Shown piece after piece: positions 59,994-64,000 of a stretch of DNA of 64,000 nt; position 1 is the stretch's first letter; each line of letters opens with the position of its first letter. The DNA comes from the human T2T-CHM13v2.0 reference genome, Homo sapiens, in the NCBI RefSeq assembly GCF_009914755.1, contig NC_060943.1. One strand, written 5' to 3'. A program made the position numbers and the translations under genes. Below the pieces are notes generated by a model. The model ran no database searches, was not told the DNA's origin, and worked only from the letters and a program-made list of their open reading frames with translations.

Positions 59994-61460
59994 TGAGTAT
60001 CTAGGGGCAGCTGGCCAGGTGAAGGGGCCAGAGCTGACCCCGAGTGACAGCCCCACGCTCTCCAAGTGGGCCAAGGTGCAGCAGCGGGTGGGCATGGGAG
60101 CCGGCCCCTGCTTCACGTAGCACCTCATCGAGGACCAGGCCGGGCCCCTGGGCTGCCCACCTGGCTCCTGAGCAACCTCCCACTTCTCACTCCTCACGTG
60201 CATGGGTGCTACATACAACACAAGCCTGTCCCGAGTCCTCCCCAACTCTGGCCCAGTTCTCCTTTTGTCCTGCCAGCTGTGAGCGGGAAGGCACAGCCTT
60301 CTGCTCTGCCTTCCTGCCGGCTCCTCTCTCCCAGCTCCTGGCTGAGCCCAGGCTCTGGATTTTTGCCAGCATGAGCCCAGGTTGATGTGGGGCCTGGATG
60401 GAGAAGAGTACTCCTAAGGAGCCCAGGCTCCTGCGGCAAGTAGCTACCTTGTCTGGGCCTCCCTGCCGCTTTCTAGAAAGGAAGGGCTGGGTCTAGGGGA
60501 CAGGTGGTACCTGGGCTGCTCCCCAGGAAAAGGAACTGCCCACTGCCGTGGGGCTGCTCTCTGACTTCAGTGTCCCAGTTGAGAAGGTGCTCAGGATGAG
60601 AACACCTAGATCGCCCTGAGGAGATAGGATCAGGCAGGAGGCTGTGGGAGCTGAGACCTCAGCCCTGTCACTCCTTCACTTTCTTCTTCCCTCTCTGGGC
60701 ACCCACCTGGCAGCAAGAGGCCTGGACTTTTTCTGGATATGGCCCTATGTCCGCCTGCCATCTCCTGGGCTCGTATGTAGGACACAGAAAATGAGGAGGT
60801 TTACCTCCTGGCTTCCTCCTTGGGGCCTCCTGGCTGGGAGCCCAGAGGCAGCCGGTGCTGGGGCAGGGTGTGGTGGCCGCGAGGTGGGGGTGGGGAGCCC
60901 AGGCCCTCTACACAGGCAGCAGGAGGGCGCAGGCCTGGCTCCTCCGGCTCCACCTCAGCTTTTATGAACTCCAGAGAGAAGCCAAGTTTCCTCAGCCCCC
61001 TAATGAAACCGAGAGCAAGAGCGAGCTGATTGGAAACAGACGGGAGGAGGAAGAGCTGGGGCCTGCTCTGGGTTGGGAATTGCGTGTGCAAGGACGCGTA
61101 TGTGAGGACACGTGTGTGAGTGATGAGGCTGAGCACATGAGAACACCGCCTAGGTGGCGGTGGCTGGGTGCACACCAGCTCGCACTCAGGAGATGTGTGT
61201 GCATATGTCAGACGGCCATCCTGAGCAGATGCTGGCTTTGTCTTCATCCAGAGCCCCAGGGAACCCTCTGCCTCCTCTTGTCCCCCACCCAGTCTCCCAC
61301 CCAGGGCCTGAATTAAGGCAGGGCTAGTGAGGCACTCACCTTAGGTGCAGAGTGTCAGCAAGTATCAAAAACTCAGTCATCAAGATAAATAATATTTTAA
61401 TGGAATATGTTTTAAAATCCAAACTATTGCAAAAAAAAGGGTATGGTAAGCAAACACCAG

Positions 61461-61738
61461 TTTTTTTGTTTGTTTTTCTTTTTCTTTTTTCAAAGACAGT
61501 TTCCTGCTCTATTACTCAGGCTGAATGCAGTGGCACGATTATAGCTCACTGAAGCCTTGAACTCCCAGACTCAAGTGATCCCTCCTGTGTGCCACCCTGG
61601 CTAATTTTTAAATGTTTGTTGTAGAGACGGGGTCTTGTTATGTTTCCCAGGCTGACCTCCAACTCCTGGATCAAGTGATCCTCCCACCTTGGCCTCCCAA
61701 AGCACTGGGATTACAGGTATGAGCCACAGCACTCAGCC
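61461..61738 (-). mobile_element. AluJ-like
   Basis: Diverged reverse Alu. Confidence 0.88.
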
Positions 61739-61770
61739 ATGTCTTTGTTTAAAATGGTTTAAAATGTTGA

Positions 61771-61920
61771 GGCTGGGCACAGTGGCTCATGCTTGTAATC
61801 CCTGTACTTTGGGAGGCCAAGGCAGGAAGACTGCTTGAGGCCAGGAGTTCGAGGCTGCAGCGAGCTGTGATCATGCCACTGCACTACAGCCTGGATGACA
61901 GGGCGAGATCCTGTCTCTAT
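61771..61920 (+). mobile_element. Monomer-length Alu (left/right fusion)
   Basis: Left-arm start joined to right-arm end. Confidence 0.8.
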
Positions 61921-61932
61921 TTAACAGATACT

Positions 61933-62533
<601 letters not shown>

Positions 62534-62862
62534 ACTTTTTTAAAAAGCCAAATAAAATAAAGACAAGATCCTACCCTGCCTCATCTGCCTCATCCTAATC
62601 TCCCAGCGCTGGTTGTGATCAAACTTTATTTACAAAAACAAATGGCTGGCCTTTGGACCCTAGTTTGCCTATTTGATTATTATTATTATTATTATTTTTG
62701 TATTGCATTAAAACATCATGGATCCTGATGACTGACTTTTTTGTGCCGCCTTAACTTTTGTGCCTGTGGCGGCTGCCTTACCTGCTCAGGATCCTCAGGA
62801 CCCTCTGACCGGCAGCTCCCCTCCTCTCCTGTCCCTCCCACTGGCTGCCTCCTTGGCCCTGA

Positions 62863-63390
<528 letters not shown>

Positions 63391-63448
63391 TGACCTCCCA
63401 GCGCTCCTCTTAAACCTCGGGGCTGCAAGGATTTGCTAGATTCTAGAC

Positions 63449-63664
63449 CAGGGTTTCCCCAGTATCAGCACTGTTGACATTTGGGGCTGTTTATTCACTA
63501 TTGTGTGAGACCATCCAGTGCTCTGTAGGATGTTGAGCAATATCCCTGGCCTCCACCTGCTAGATGCCAGGAGCACCTCCTCCTCCCCAGTCTTGATAAT
63601 AAAAAAAAGTCTCCAGATTTCAGTGTGCCCAGGAGGGGAAGACCATCCCTAGTGAGGAGCACTG
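63449..63664 (-). mobile_element. MER20
   Basis: cagcactgttgacatttgggg...atccctggcctccacctgctagatgccaggagcacc. Confidence 0.8.
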
Positions 63665-64000
63665 TGTCAAGGGAAAGCCCCGATCCACATAGCTGCCACG
63701 GAGACTCCTGCTGGCAGGACTTTTAACAAAGGGTTCCCAGGACGGTCCTGGTTCTAGAGTGAAACCCTGCTGCTCCTCAGCCCTGGGAGACACACTGGCT
63801 CCCCCCAGAGCCCTTCTCTGTCACTGACAGAAACTCAGGGTTGCTCAGCGAAAGAATGATCCCAGGAGGTGGTGGGCCAGAGATGACCCTTCAGTGGGAC
63901 AACGGTCCCTGGTTGGAATGTGGAGGTTTCTAGACCTCTGGGAAAAATCCAGAGCCTCAGCAGCATGCTGTAATAGGAGAAGCTCTAGCTCCTCTGTAGC

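Overview
Human (primate, Alu-bearing) genomic DNA from inside the NFIX gene (nuclear factor I/X, 19p13), transcribed on the + strand. The window holds the end of intron 1 with a cluster of alternative first exons/starts (about 4.2-6.2 kb), the 532-nt exon 2 encoding the DNA-binding/dimerisation domain (6237-6768), a 47.5-kb intron 2, and exons 3-8 (54261-63069). All seven internal exons have AG/GT boundaries and splice into one continuous NFIX frame. The canonical first exon (MYSPYCLTQ, recalled) and the 3' exons lie outside the window. The rest is intronic: Alus, six MER20s, MER45A, L1, L2, MIR, microsatellites and several motif-dense candidate enhancers. Nearly all other ORFs in the track are chance ORFs. 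Best leads: (1) back-splicing of exon 2 creates a junction-crossing 219-codon ORF carrying the whole DNA-binding domain; (2) exon 2 reads 100 codons into intron 2 ahead of an ATTAAA, a possible truncated repressor; (3) the direct AluY pair around exons 6-7, plus a third AluY predicting an in-frame exon 3-7 deletion; (4) a 35-bp fold-back hairpin inside an Alu; (5) compact FOX/SOX, MEF2/CRE, E-box and YY1/NRF1 modules. Repeat families and motifs were recognised by eye, not by database search, and novelty against the literature could not be checked.
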